Below are positions 48,530 through 59,434 of a DNA stretch of 64,000 bases, piece by piece. This stretch comes from Ranitomeya imitator. Lineage: Eukaryota. Made by a program: the position numbers and the translations under genes. Location: contig NC_091283.1 of NCBI RefSeq assembly GCF_032444005.1, forward strand, positions 24,800,001 through 24,864,000, written 5' to 3'. How positions within the stretch are numbered: the stretch's first letter is position 1; the number at the start of each line of letters is the position of its first letter. The notes under the pieces are model-generated. The model worked only from the letters and a program-made list of their open reading frames with translations. It searched no databases and was not told where the DNA came from.

Positions 48530-49850
48530 GCTCAGTACTGATGTATATTGTCCTCTATGCTGCTGCATTCTAGTGTTTTATCCCACACTAGTGCTGGATA
48601 CAGAGCTACCCTGCTCAGGACTCCTGTATAATGTCCTCCATGCTGCTGGTTTTCTAATCAGTCTTTTATCTGATGCCGGAGCTGGATTCACTGCTACATT
48701 GGTCAGTATTGCTTTATAATGTCTTTCAGGCCTCTGCCTTCTAGCTAGTGTTTTCTCTCTTTCCACTAATGGATTCACAGCTACACTGCTCATTCCTGAT
48801 GTATAACGTTCCTCATGCCGCTGTATCCTAGTATGTTTTATCTCACCCCAGTTATGGATGCACAGCTACCCTGCCCAGTACTACGGTATAATGTCCTACG
48901 TGCTGCTGCATTGTAGTCTTTTCTCTCACCACAATACTAGATTCCCAGCTACCCTGCTGAGTACTAGTGTATAATGTTCTCCATGCTGCTGCATTCTAGT
49001 GTTTTATTTCACATCAGTTCTGGGTTCACAGCTACACCGCTTAGTAATGTAGTGTAATGTTCTATATGTGCCAGTCACTACACTGGCTGCCCATCCGCTA
49101 CAGAGTGCAATATAAACTCATCACTCTCACCCACAAACCGCTCCATGGTTCAGCACCACCGTATATCTCCATCATCTCAGTCTATCACCCCACCCGTGCC
49201 CTCCATTCTGCTAACAGCCCAAGACTAACATCCTCCATAATCCAAACCTTCCACTCCCATCTCCAAGGCTTCTCTCATGCTGCGACAATTCTCCGGAATG
49301 CACTACCCAGGACAATTCGATGAATTCCTAATATCCAATTTAAGTGTGGCCTAAAAACGCATTTCTTCAGACTGACTCACCACCTCACTCATATAACTAT
49401 CCCCGTTTTGCCCATACAAAAAATCAGAACCCTCGTATCATCTGTTCTCACCCTCCCCTCACTTATTACCCTCAGTGTCTGTGCTGTGCACACACTGGCC
49501 GCTGACCGGTTCATGCAGTGTTCTGTGAACTCCCTATTTATTATATTATGGCCGGACCCTACAATACAAGCAGTTGTGACCATTTACCATTCACGCCCCC
49601 CTATTTCCTCATAGATTGTAGCTTGTGAGCAGCCGGACCCCCCACTGCTCCTGGTATCTGAGTTTTGTGGTACACTGTAATATCTTTATCGTCTGTACAA
49701 GTCTCCTCTAAAATGTAAAGTGCTGCGGAATATAGAAATACAATTATTATTACGTTCTGCACCTTTCTTGTGTTCTTTTTCTAAATCCAGTTGTGGGATT
49801 CACAGCTACACTGCTCAGTACTGCTCTAAAATGTCCTCCATGCTGCTACC
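48530..49850. repeat. Degenerate about 65-70-bp tandem repeat (GGATTCACAGCTAC...CTCAGTACT...TATAATGTCCTCCATGCTGCTG), interrupted by an L2 fragment
   Basis: Recurring CACAGCTAC / ATGCTGCTG motifs over 48530-49050 and again at 49790-49850. Confidence 0.7.
49066..49750 (+). mobile_element. L2 3' fragment
   Basis: [17 protein letters not shown]...SAPPYIS, matching the C-terminus of the intact L2 ORF. 3' UTR ends TGTAAAGTGCTGCGGAATAT...ATTATTATTA. Confidence 0.85.
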
Positions 49851-50218
49851 ACGACTAAACATAAGCTGCCTGGTATCCTTTCATGTCTGTGTGCGGTGTA
49901 TAGGAGACGCCACCGCGGCTCGTCTCCACCCAGTAGCTCAGAGACACCTGAACGTTAGAGGAAAGGTGACATATTGCCCCGACGCGGCATTAGGGTCAGT
50001 CTATATTACCAGTAACGAGACTGAACAGGAAAGCTTTATGGAGGCTTTTACTTCACCCCCGTCTGCTGTCATACAGGGGGTCCCGGGAACACCGGGCGGG
50101 GGAGGGCGTAGAAGTGAAGTTTAGCTATAACGGGCGAGCAGAACAATCTGGAAGAAACGCTGGTGATATAAATAATGTAAAAAAAATAATATATATAAAA
50201 ATATACACAGCTCAGCGG

Positions 50219-50852
50219 CTACAAGTCAAAGTAGTCCGGAGAGTGTCTGTGACTCCGGGGCGACGGGTCGATGGAGGAGGGGGATGACGATGGAGAAGAA
50301 TTTGGCTGCAGACCATGGGTGAACTCCGGCTCCCGAGATCTCTGGGGGGCCGGGGGTTTGTGTGATGGGTCGCGTGCTGGCATCGAGTGTTGGGGGGACG
50401 TTGGCCGCTGGTGTCGTTGTCTCCGGGCGGGTTGTGGTGGGATCCGGATGGAGTTGTTGCCGTGCCGATGTGTGACCGGCGGCGCCCCCATGAACCGCTT
50501 CACCACGTGCATCATGCTCAACTGCATGTCGATTTTTCTCTCCTCGGGAACTTTTTTGACAAAAGGCAGGAGGCTCCTCAGGAAGGTCTCGTCCGGGTCG
50601 CTTCTCTCCTCGCTCTTCTCTCTCAGGGTGTTCATGACGTCCAGCAGGTGCGTTTCCCAGTCGCTCTCTGACGCTTTTGCAGCTTTTTTCCGGTTTCTTT
50701 TTGGTGCCGGGGGTGTAGGTGCTGGCGGCAGCGCTGGCGGAGGAGGAGGAGGAGTGCAGCTCGCTGACCCTTCTACGTCTATCGGCTGCAGAATTTCCAC
50801 AGGTTCCCGGTTATTGCTGCTGGATGTGGGCGCAGCGCTGCCAGCGAAGGGG
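50219..50852 (-). CDS. MADF/BESS gene exon 3: Pro/Ser-rich linker, basic NLS-like PKRNRKK, BESS-like motif
   Basis: Acceptor TCTTTAG|C at 50852 (phase 2, matches the exon 2 end). DPDETFLRSLLPFVKKVPEERKIDMQLSMMHVV. Confidence 0.8.
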
Positions 50853-51005
50853 CTAAAGACAGAAACAGCAGTCACACACCAGAATACACAATGCGCCGTC
50901 CATTAAAGCTCCTCTTACTCTACAGTTTAGAAATCTTTCTCATACTTGGACGCATTATACTGTATCCCTCAGTGCATCTAGTCATAACGGTACAAACTGG
51001 TGATC

Positions 51006-51628
51006 CTCCTCAGGCAAGCAATTCCAGATTCTCACTGCCCTAACAGTAAAGAATCCTCTTCTATGTTGGTGGAAAAACCTTCTCTCCTCCAGACGCAAAG
51101 AATGCCCCCTTGTGCCCGTCACCTTCCTTGGTATAAACAGATGCTCAGAGAGATATTTGTATTGTCCCCTTATATACTTATACATGGTTATTAGATCGCC
51201 CCTCAGTCGTCTTTTTTCTAGACTAAATAATCCTAATTTCGCTAATCTATCTGGGTATTGTAGTTCTCCCATCCCCTTTATTAATTTTGTTGCCCTCCTT
51301 TGTACTCTCTCTAGTTCCATTATATCCTTCCTGAGCACCGGTGCCCAAAACTGGACACAGTACTCCATGTGCGGTCTAACTAGGGATTTGTACAGAGGCA
51401 GTATAATGCTCTCATCATGTGTATCCAGACCTCTTTTAATGCACCCCATGATCCTGTTTGCCTTGGCAGCTGCTGCCTGGCACTGGCTGCTCCAGGTAAG
51501 TTTATCATTAACTAGGATCCCCAAGTCCTTCTCCCTGTCAGATTTACCCAGTGGTTTCCCGTTCAGTGTGTAATGGTGATATTGATTCCCTCTTCCCATG
51601 TGTATAACCTTACATTTATCATTGTTAA
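51006..51628 (-). mobile_element. CR1 ORF2 C-terminal fragment truncated at both ends
   Basis: KVIHMG...EKDLGILV...KANRIMGCIKRG...RPHMEYCVQFWAP...RGHSLRLEE...RAVRIWNCLPEE. Confidence 0.92.
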
Positions 51629-51664
51629 GTAATGCTCTAAAATGCTTTATTGGAATGAACCAGC

Positions 51665-52410
51665 AGCGGCACTCAGCTGTACTTGTGGCTGCGCTCGGCT
51701 GTACATCTGGCTGCATTCAGCTGTACTTGGCAGTAAACTGGGCTGCGCTCGGCTGGATGTGCTGCTGTGCTTGGCGGTACTTCCACCTGCACTCGGCTGT
51801 GACTGTGCTCGGCTGTACATGTCTGCAGTCGGCTGTACTCAGCAGAACATGAAGCTGTACTCGGCGGTACATCTGGCTGCACTCGGCTCTGTGCACGGCT
51901 GCGCTGGGCTGTACTCGGCTGTATATCTGGCTGCACTCGGCTGTATGTGTGGCTGCGCTGGGCTGTACTCGGCTGTACATCTGGCTGCACTCGGCTGTAT
52001 GTGCGGCTGCGCTGGGCTGTACTCGGCTGTACATCTGACTGCACTCAGCTGTATGTGCGGCTGCGCTGGGCTGTACATCTGGCTGCGCTGGGCTGTACTC
52101 GGCTGTACATCTGGCTGCACTCGGCTGTATGTGCGGCTGCGCTGGGCTGTACTCAGCAGTACATCTGGCTGCGCTTGTCTGGACGTGCAGCAGTACTCAG
52201 CAGAACGTGAGGCTGCGCTCGGCTGTATGTGCGGCTGCGCTGGGCTGTACTTGGCTGTACATCTGGCTGCGCTGGGCTGTACTCGGCTGTACATCTGGCT
52301 GCACTCGGCTGTATGTGCAGCTGCGCTGGGCTGTACTCAGCAGTACATCTTGCTGCGCTTGTCTGGACGTGCAGCTGTACTCAGCAGAACGTGCGGCTGC
52401 GCTCGGCTGT
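51665..52410. repeat. Degenerate GCT-rich minisatellite (GGCTGCGCTGGGCTGTACTCGGCTGTACATCT type)
   Basis: Tandem 10/20/30-bp subunits. Confidence 0.88.
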
Positions 52411-52568
52411 CTCCAGAAGTCTCAACAACAATAATAAATGGAAATCTGCATGATTCTAACAAGGAATGTAAGAGCAGTTCTCAGGACGGTCGGGGGTCCC
52501 AGTGATCAGACCACTACCGATCAGGTGGGGCATATGTGATACCTTTAAATGTTAGGAATATCCCTTTA

Positions 52569-52917
52569 GGCTGTGTGCACACGCTGCGGATTTTGTTGCG
52601 GATCCCCTGCAGTTTTGACGCTGAGGATTCACAGCAGTTTTCCCTGAGTTTACAGAACCATGTAAACCTATGGAAAACAAAATCCGCAGTGCACATGCTG
52701 CAGAAAAAAACATGTGGAAACGCTGCGTTGTTTATTCCGCAGCATGTCAATTCTTTGTGCGGATTCCGCTGCGGTTTACACCTGCTCCATAATAGGAATC
52801 CGCAGGTGTAAAACCGCAGGTGGAATACGCAAAAAAAAAAAAGCGGTAAAACGCAGTGCGGTTTGCCTGTGGATTTACCAAAATCCGCAGGACTTTCCGC
52901 AACGTTTGCACGTAGCC
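52569..52917. mobile_element. Harbinger-like MITE (a related copy lies in the opposite orientation at about 42945-43240)
   Basis: TTA|GGCTGTGTGCACACG ... CGTTTGCACGTAGCC; antisense ORFs are nearly identical to those at 42979-43263. Confidence 0.75.
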
Positions 52918-53347
52918 TCAAAGAGGTGACACTAAACAGCTTCTGATCTTGAGGCAGCCAGAGCAGAATTCACAGTTCTGCTGCATTTCCCTAAATTCAG
53001 GGTCTCCTTTGACTGCCTGTGTCACGCGCCGCCCCCAAGGCCGCGACCAGACACGTGATGGGGCCGCATTACTCGCTGCTCCTTTATAAGGCGCCATACT
53101 TCATCTCCTCCCTGGTGATAGTGTTGGTGTCCCAGAAGTAAAGCGTTCCTTCTGATTCACTGCTCCTCCAGCGTGGCATCTGTCCTAACAGGACAATCCC
53201 TTTAAGTGGGGCGGTCACATTACCAGCTTGTTCCTCCGGAGAGTCGCCCTTCAGGAGGAGAGCAGATTTTTTTCCCCGGGGGCATTGCCTGGCTTCTGAG
53301 ACCCCTACAGTAGATGGGTGGTCTCCATGAGACGCAGCGGCACTCAC

Positions 53348-53510
53348 TCTCTCAGCCTCATGGTGGGCTCCAGGAACAGCAGACCCTCGTAGTGAACGTA
53401 TTTCCTCCTCCGAAGTGTCGGGAGCCCGCAGTTCTCCAGCTTCTTCTGCAGGGTCAGCTCCCGCCTGAAGCAATCCTTCAGCGACCTCCACCGCGTCTGG
53501 ATTTCTTTGG
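53348..53510 (-). CDS. MADF/BESS gene exon 2 (C-half of MADF domain)
   Basis: CCGCAG| acceptor, (A)KEIQTRWRSLKDCFRRELTLQKK...RRRKYVHYEGLLFLEPTMRLR, donor GA|GTGAGT; 163 nt, phase 1-2. Confidence 0.85.
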
Positions 53511-54299
53511 CTGCGGACGGTATGTAATAAAGATGAGCAGCTGAATAACGGAGGACAGAGATAGGGTTAAACTTAGAAATTACACAAGTTATTACACTCT
53601 GGAGGGATATATTGGTACCGATCTGCCTGATCATCAACGTCTCTGGGGCCTCAAATAAAACCTATTAAAATTGTCTATCGAGCATATAAAGTAACGAAAA
53701 GTAGAGAGCGACCAATCACATCCATCCATCCAATGCTGGAATCTGCAGATTATGGGGACACGGACTAGCACGGTGTATGAGTGTTCTCTCTGTATCACAC
53801 AGTGTATGCTGATACTTCGGCCGGCAATGTTTTATGGGTGTACTTTATTTCTAGCGCTGTGTTTGGAGATACCTAGGACGGCGCTGTGCACTGGTTATGG
53901 GCGGACGCTGTCCGGCACTGTGCATAGTGATACATGGGCTGGCACTGGGTGGGGGTGTACTCTCTTTTTAAAAAGCTTTTATTGAAAGATTCCACAAAAT
54001 AAGATAACAAACATAATAAACAAATAATCCGTATATCAAAGTAAAGTAAACAAATAAATGAAACATAACCTTCAGTATAATATATTCTACCATTGCACTT
54101 CTTAACCAGCAGAGTCTTTATAAAAAAGCTCGTACCAGGTGAGGTTATAATAGACACATGATATTAATCCTACACAAATCATCACTCATGGTCCAGAATG
54201 GAGAGATATCAGGGAAGAGACCATGGCGCCAGGAGCCAAATGTGTCAATGGAGAGTTACACCACCTTTCCCAAATCTGAAATTTCTGGGGACATCCTCT

Positions 54300-55760
54300 G
54301 TTTGGGTGCACGCTGACTGGCACTGAGTATGGGGACACTAAGGTCTGTGGGTGCACGCTGACTGGCACGGAGTATGGGGACACTAAGGTCTGTGCTGCAC
54401 GCTGACTGGCACCGAGTATGGGGACACTAAGGTCTGTGGGCGCACGCTGACTGGCACCGAGTATGGGGACACTAAGGTCTGTGGGTGCACGCTGACTGGC
54501 ACGGAGTATGGGGACACTAAGGTCTGTGCTGCACGCTGACTGGCACCGAGTATGGGGACACTAAGGTCTGTGGGCGCACGCTGACTGGCACCGAGTATGG
54601 GGACACTAAGGTCTGTGGGCGCACGCTGACTGGCACTGTGTATGGGGACACTAAGGTCTGTGGGCGCACGCTGACTGGCACTGAGTATGGGGACACTAAG
54701 GTCTGTGGGCGCACGCTGACTGGCACTGAGTATGGGGACACTAAGGTCTGTGGGCGCACGCTGACTGGCACTGAGTATGGGGACACTAAGGTCTGTGGCG
54801 CACGCTGACTGGCACTGAGTATGGGGACACTAAGGTCTGTGGGCGCACGCTGACTGGCACCGAGTATGGGGACACTAAGGTCTGTGGGCGCACGCTGACT
54901 GGCACTGTGTATGGGGACACTAAGGTCTGTGGGCGCACGCTGACTGGCACTGTGTATGGGGACACTAAGGTCTGTGGGCGCACGCTGACTGGCACTGAGT
55001 ATGGGGACACTAAGGTCTGTGGTGCACGCTGACTGGCACCGAGTATGGGGACACTAAGGTCTGTGGGCGCACGCTGACTGGCACTGAGTATGGGGACACT
55101 AAGGTCTGTGGGCGCACGCTGACTGGCACTGAGTATGGGGACACTAAGGTCTGTGGGCGCACGCTGACTGGCACTGAGTATGGGGACACTAAGGTCTGTG
55201 GGCGCACGCTGACTGGCACTGAGTATGGGGACACTAAGGTCTGTGGGCGCACGCTGACTGGCACTGAGTATGGGGACACTAAAGTCTGTGGGCGCACGCT
55301 GACTGGCACCGAGTATGGGGACACTAAGGTCTGTGGGTGCACGCTGACTGGCACCGAGTATGGGGACACTAAGGTCTGTGGGCGCACGCTGACTGGCACT
55401 GAGTATGGGGACACTAAGGTCTGTGGGCGCACGCTGACTGGCACTGAGTATGGGGACACTAAGGTCTGTGGGCGCACGCTGACTGGCACTGAGTATGGGG
55501 ACACTAAGGTCTGTGGCGCACGCTGACTGGCACTGAGTATGGGGACACTAAGGTCTGTGGGCGCACGCTGACTGGCACTGAGTATGGGGACACTAAGGTC
55601 TGTGGGCGCACGCTGACTGGCACTGAGTATGGGGACACTAAGGTCTGTGGGCGCACGCTGACTGGCACTGAGTATGGGGACACTAAGGTCTGTGGTGCAC
55701 GCTGACTGGCACTGAGTATGGGGACACTAAGGTCTGTGGGCACACGCTGACTGGCACGGA
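54300..55760. repeat. 45-bp minisatellite (GGGACACTAAGGTCTGTGGGCGCACGCTGACTGGCACTGAGTATG), about 32 highly homogeneous copies
   Basis: Direct reading; period 45. Confidence 0.96.
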
Positions 55761-56401
55761 GTATGGATATTCTCATTATCCGGATTCTTATTCTCAAGCT
55801 TTTTTGTTTATCATTTTGTTTCCAATCTGTATATATAATTGCCTAAGGGTCATTTTATTATTATTATTATTTATTATTATAGCGCCATTTATTCCATGGC
55901 GCTTTACATGTGAGGAGGGGTATACATAATAAAACAAGTACAATAATCATTTCCATCTTTCCGTCTGTCCTTCTGTCACGGATATTCATTGGTCGCGGCC
56001 TCTGTCTGTCATGGAAATCCAAGTCGCTGATTGGTCGTGGCAAAACGCCCATGACCATAGCGACGGGCACAGTCCGCCGGCAAAATGGCCGCTCCTTCCT
56101 CCCCGCAGTCAGTGCCCGCACCATTATCCCCTCCAGTCAGCCCTCACACAGGGTTAATGCCAGCGTTAATGGACCGCGGTGTAACGCACTCCATTAACGC
56201 AGCTATCTGCGTATGCAGCATCAATAGTAAAAATATCTAATGTTACAAATAATAATAAAAAAAAACAAAACGTTATTCTCACCCTCCGACGTGCACGGTG
56301 TCCTCGGCAGTGCAAGCGGCAGGTTCCGGTGCCAAGGATGCTATGTGAAAAGGACCTTCCATGACGTCACGTTCATGTGACCGCGACGTCATCACAGGTC
56401 C

Positions 56402-56649
56402 AGGTAAAGAAGCTGCGGAGACACCATCACGTGTTTCTCGACGCAAGCAGTGAATAGCCAGGCCTTTCCCCGGGAAAGACGTCGAGAAACACGTGATGGT
56501 GTCTCCGCAGCTTCTTTACCTGCATCTGCATATTTCCCATAAGGGATGGGGGCAGTGTTCTGGAATCACTGCGTTGAGAAACACGTGATGGTGTCTCCGC
56601 GGTGTTGGATGTTTTGGTCTCCCCGAGGCCAATCATCTGTGCCTTTATA
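56402..56649. mobile_element. 248-bp insertion with terminal inversion and 14-bp TSD (Penelope-like architecture)
   Basis: TSD GTCATCACAGGTCC at 56388-56401 and 56650-56663; about 42-bp perfect inverted arms in 56401-56522. Confidence 0.7.
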
Positions 56650-56774
56650 GTCATCACAGGTCCTGCACTCATACCAACCCTGGGACCGGAAGCTGCCGTG
56701 GACTACAAGCGACCCTCGGAAAGGTGAGTATATGTTTATTTTTTATTTTAAGTCTTTTTCAACTTGTTACATAC

Positions 56775-57572
56775 GTGGCTGGGCAATATACTACGTGGCT
56801 GGGCAATATACTACGTCGCTGGGCAACATACTACGTGGCTGGGCAATATACTACGTGGCTGGGCAATATACTACGTGGCTGGGCAATATACTACGTGGCT
56901 GGGCAACTGGGCAATATACTACGTGACTGGGCAACTGGGCAATATACTACGTGGCTGGGCAATATACTACGTGGCTGGGCAATATACTACGTGGCTGGGC
57001 AACATACTACGTGGCGGGGCAATATACTACGTGGCGGGGCAATATACTACGTGGCGGGGCAATATACTACGTGGCGGGGCAATATACTACGTGGCGGGGC
57101 AATATACTACGTGGCGGGGCAATATACTACGTGGCGGGGCAATATACTACGTGGCGGGGCAATATACTACGTGGCGGGGCAATATACTACGTGGCTGGGC
57201 AATATACAACGTGGCGGGGCAATATACTACGTGGCGGGGCAATATACTACGTGGCGGGGCAATATACTACGTGGCGGGGCAATATACTACGTGGCGGGGC
57301 AATATACTACGTGGCGGGGCAATATACTACGTGGCGGGGCAATATACTACGTGGCGGGGCAATATACTACGTGGCGGGGCAATATACTACGTGGCTGGGC
57401 AATATACTACGTGGCTGGGCAATATACTACGTGGCTGGGCAATATACTACGTGGCGGGGCAATATACTACGTGGCGGGGCAATATACTACGTGGCAGGGC
57501 AATATACTACGTGGCTGGGCAACATACTACGTGGCGGGGCAATATACTACGTGACTGGGCAATATACTACGT
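56775..57572. repeat. 20-bp minisatellite (GGGCAATATACTACGTGGCG/CT), about 39 copies, inside the Helitron-like element
   Basis: Direct reading. Confidence 0.96.
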
Positions 57573-57657
57573 GGACATGCATATTCTAGAATACCCGATG
57601 CGTTAGAATCAGGCCACCATCTAGTATTTACATAGCCACCATAAAGCCCAGTCTCAC

Positions 57658-57844
57658 CTTTGAGATTTTTCTCTCTTTCGCTGCATAGATCCCAATCTGG
57701 AACAACGACAGCGCAGATCTCATCCCACGCTTTCTTCTTCTTGTAGCGGTCCGCGTAGGAAGGCACTTTGGGGTCATAGAGCTCAGGACGATCGTGCACC
57801 ATCTGAATCAGCAGATCGATGTCGATGACCATTTTGGAAGACAT
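57658..57844 (-). CDS. MADF/BESS gene exon 1 (N-half of MADF/Myb-SANT domain)
   Basis: MSSKMVIDIDLLIQMVHDRPELYDPKVPSYADRYKKKKAWDEIC...EKNLK; phase-1 donor G|GTGAGA. The three exons total 984 nt = 327 aa + stop. Confidence 0.85.
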
Positions 57845-58004
57845 CCGGTGGACCCTGCTGTATTTCTCTCTTCCTGGCTCGTCATACAAAGAGGGAGGAG
57901 AAACCTTGCTACATAAATGTCACCATATCAAATTTCTAAACTGCAAATAAAATAAATGACATTGGTACAGATAGTACTGCATCCCTGCCTCTTCCTGTAT
58001 ATTG

Positions 58005-58455
58005 CGTAGGCACAGATAGTACGGCTTCCTGCAATAAATAGTAAAGGCACAGACAGTACTGCTTCCTGCGATAGTATAGGCACAGATAGTACTGCTTCCT
58101 GTAATAAATATTAAAAGGCACAGATAGTACTGCTTTCTGTAATAAAAAGTATAGGCACAGATAGTACTGCTTTCTGCAATAAGTTAGTATAGGCACAGAT
58201 AGTACTGCTTTCTGTAATAAATATTAAAGGCACAGATAGTACGGCTTCCTGCAATAAATGGTATAGGCACAGATAGTACTGCTTTCTGTAATAAATGGTA
58301 TAGGCACAGATAGTACTTCTAGCTGCAATAAATGGTATAGGCACAGATAGTACTGCTTCCTGCAATAAATGGTATAGGCACAGATAGTACTGCTTCCTGC
58401 AATAAATGGTATAGGCACAGATAGTACGGCTTCCTGCAATAAATGGTATAGGCAC
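58005..58455. repeat. 37-bp minisatellite (AGGCACAGATAGTACTGCTTCCTGCAATAAATGGTAT), about 12 copies
   Basis: Direct reading. Confidence 0.92.
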
Positions 58456-59434
58456 AGATCGCACTGTAGCCTAGTCCCTTCCTGCTTTATCCCTCACTCT
58501 AAGACCCCTTCACACGTACGTGACCGCAAATACGAACACACGCACACCCATTGTGTTCAATGGTATTGCGCACAGGTCAGGTTTTTACACAGACCATGTG
58601 AAAAACCCGCAGACATGTCAATTTTTTTTATCAGCAACACAGACAAAATGGGTGATGCGTGTGTCATCAGTGTGACGCGCGTGTCATCAGTGTGACACGT
58701 ACCAGGGCCTGGGAAGAAGCGATACAGTTCACGCTGTTCCCAAGAAATTACTGCTGAAGACAATTCATCATTGTCTCTTGGTTTCCCTGTGATCAGCGCC
58801 ACCCGGTGACTATGATGGAAGTTGAATTCGGCACCCGCTGTGTACATCCTGTGTAAAATAAAGAATTAAAGTAAACGGCGTTGGCTTCATAACCAGAAGA
58901 GGGAAAGTTAACGGATGGGGGTTGATGTTGATAATCTTGGACAATATCCTATAAGGTTCCCATGCTATTAATAACAGCTCACAGCTGTGTGCTTAGCCTT
59001 TGCTTGTGAATTTATGGGGGACCCCAGAAAAAAAATGACATAGGGTCCCTCTATAAATTCAAACCAGCAAAGGCTGTGGGTTGATATTAATAGCCTGGGA
59101 AGGAGCCAGAGATATTTTTCCCTCTCCCAGGCTATCAACATCAGCTCTCAGCCGCCCCAGAAACGGTACACCCATAAGATGACCAAATCTGGCACTTAGC
59201 CTCGCTCTTCCTACTTGCCATGCGTGCGCTGACAAGAGGGGTAAAAGGGTTGGGGTTGATGTCAGCTTTGTATTGGCAGCTGACAACAAGCCCATGGGTT
59301 AGTAATGAAGAGGCGTCTTTAAGACCCTCCGCAACAAGAATAAAATCCTTTATTTGAAATAAAACTCAACACCGTACTTTACACATTCATTTAAAAATAA
59401 CAAACAACCATTACACTTACCTTACGCCTTAAGA

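Larger units (their letters stand above)
55956..57624 (+). mobile_element. Non-autonomous Helitron-like element in MADF intron 1
   Basis: A|TC 5' end with TCTGTC microsatellite. 3' hairpin CCCGAT-GCGTTAGA-ATCAGG shortly before CTAG|T. Confidence 0.65.

Noticed and set aside
53084-53340. ORF 53084-53491 as an extra MADF exon
   Set aside because: Exon 2 (phase 2) joins exon 3 directly, and this stretch has no recognisable domain or clear splice sites.
54300-55760. Regular repeats resembling a CRISPR array
   Set aside because: Units are contiguous with no unique spacers, there are no cas genes, and the context is eukaryotic.
54186-58464. Repetitive ORFs SPYSVPVSVRPQTLV, GWAIYYVAGQYTT and AGSSTICAY
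   Set aside because: Translations of the 45-, 20- and 37-bp arrays, which lie in or next to introns.
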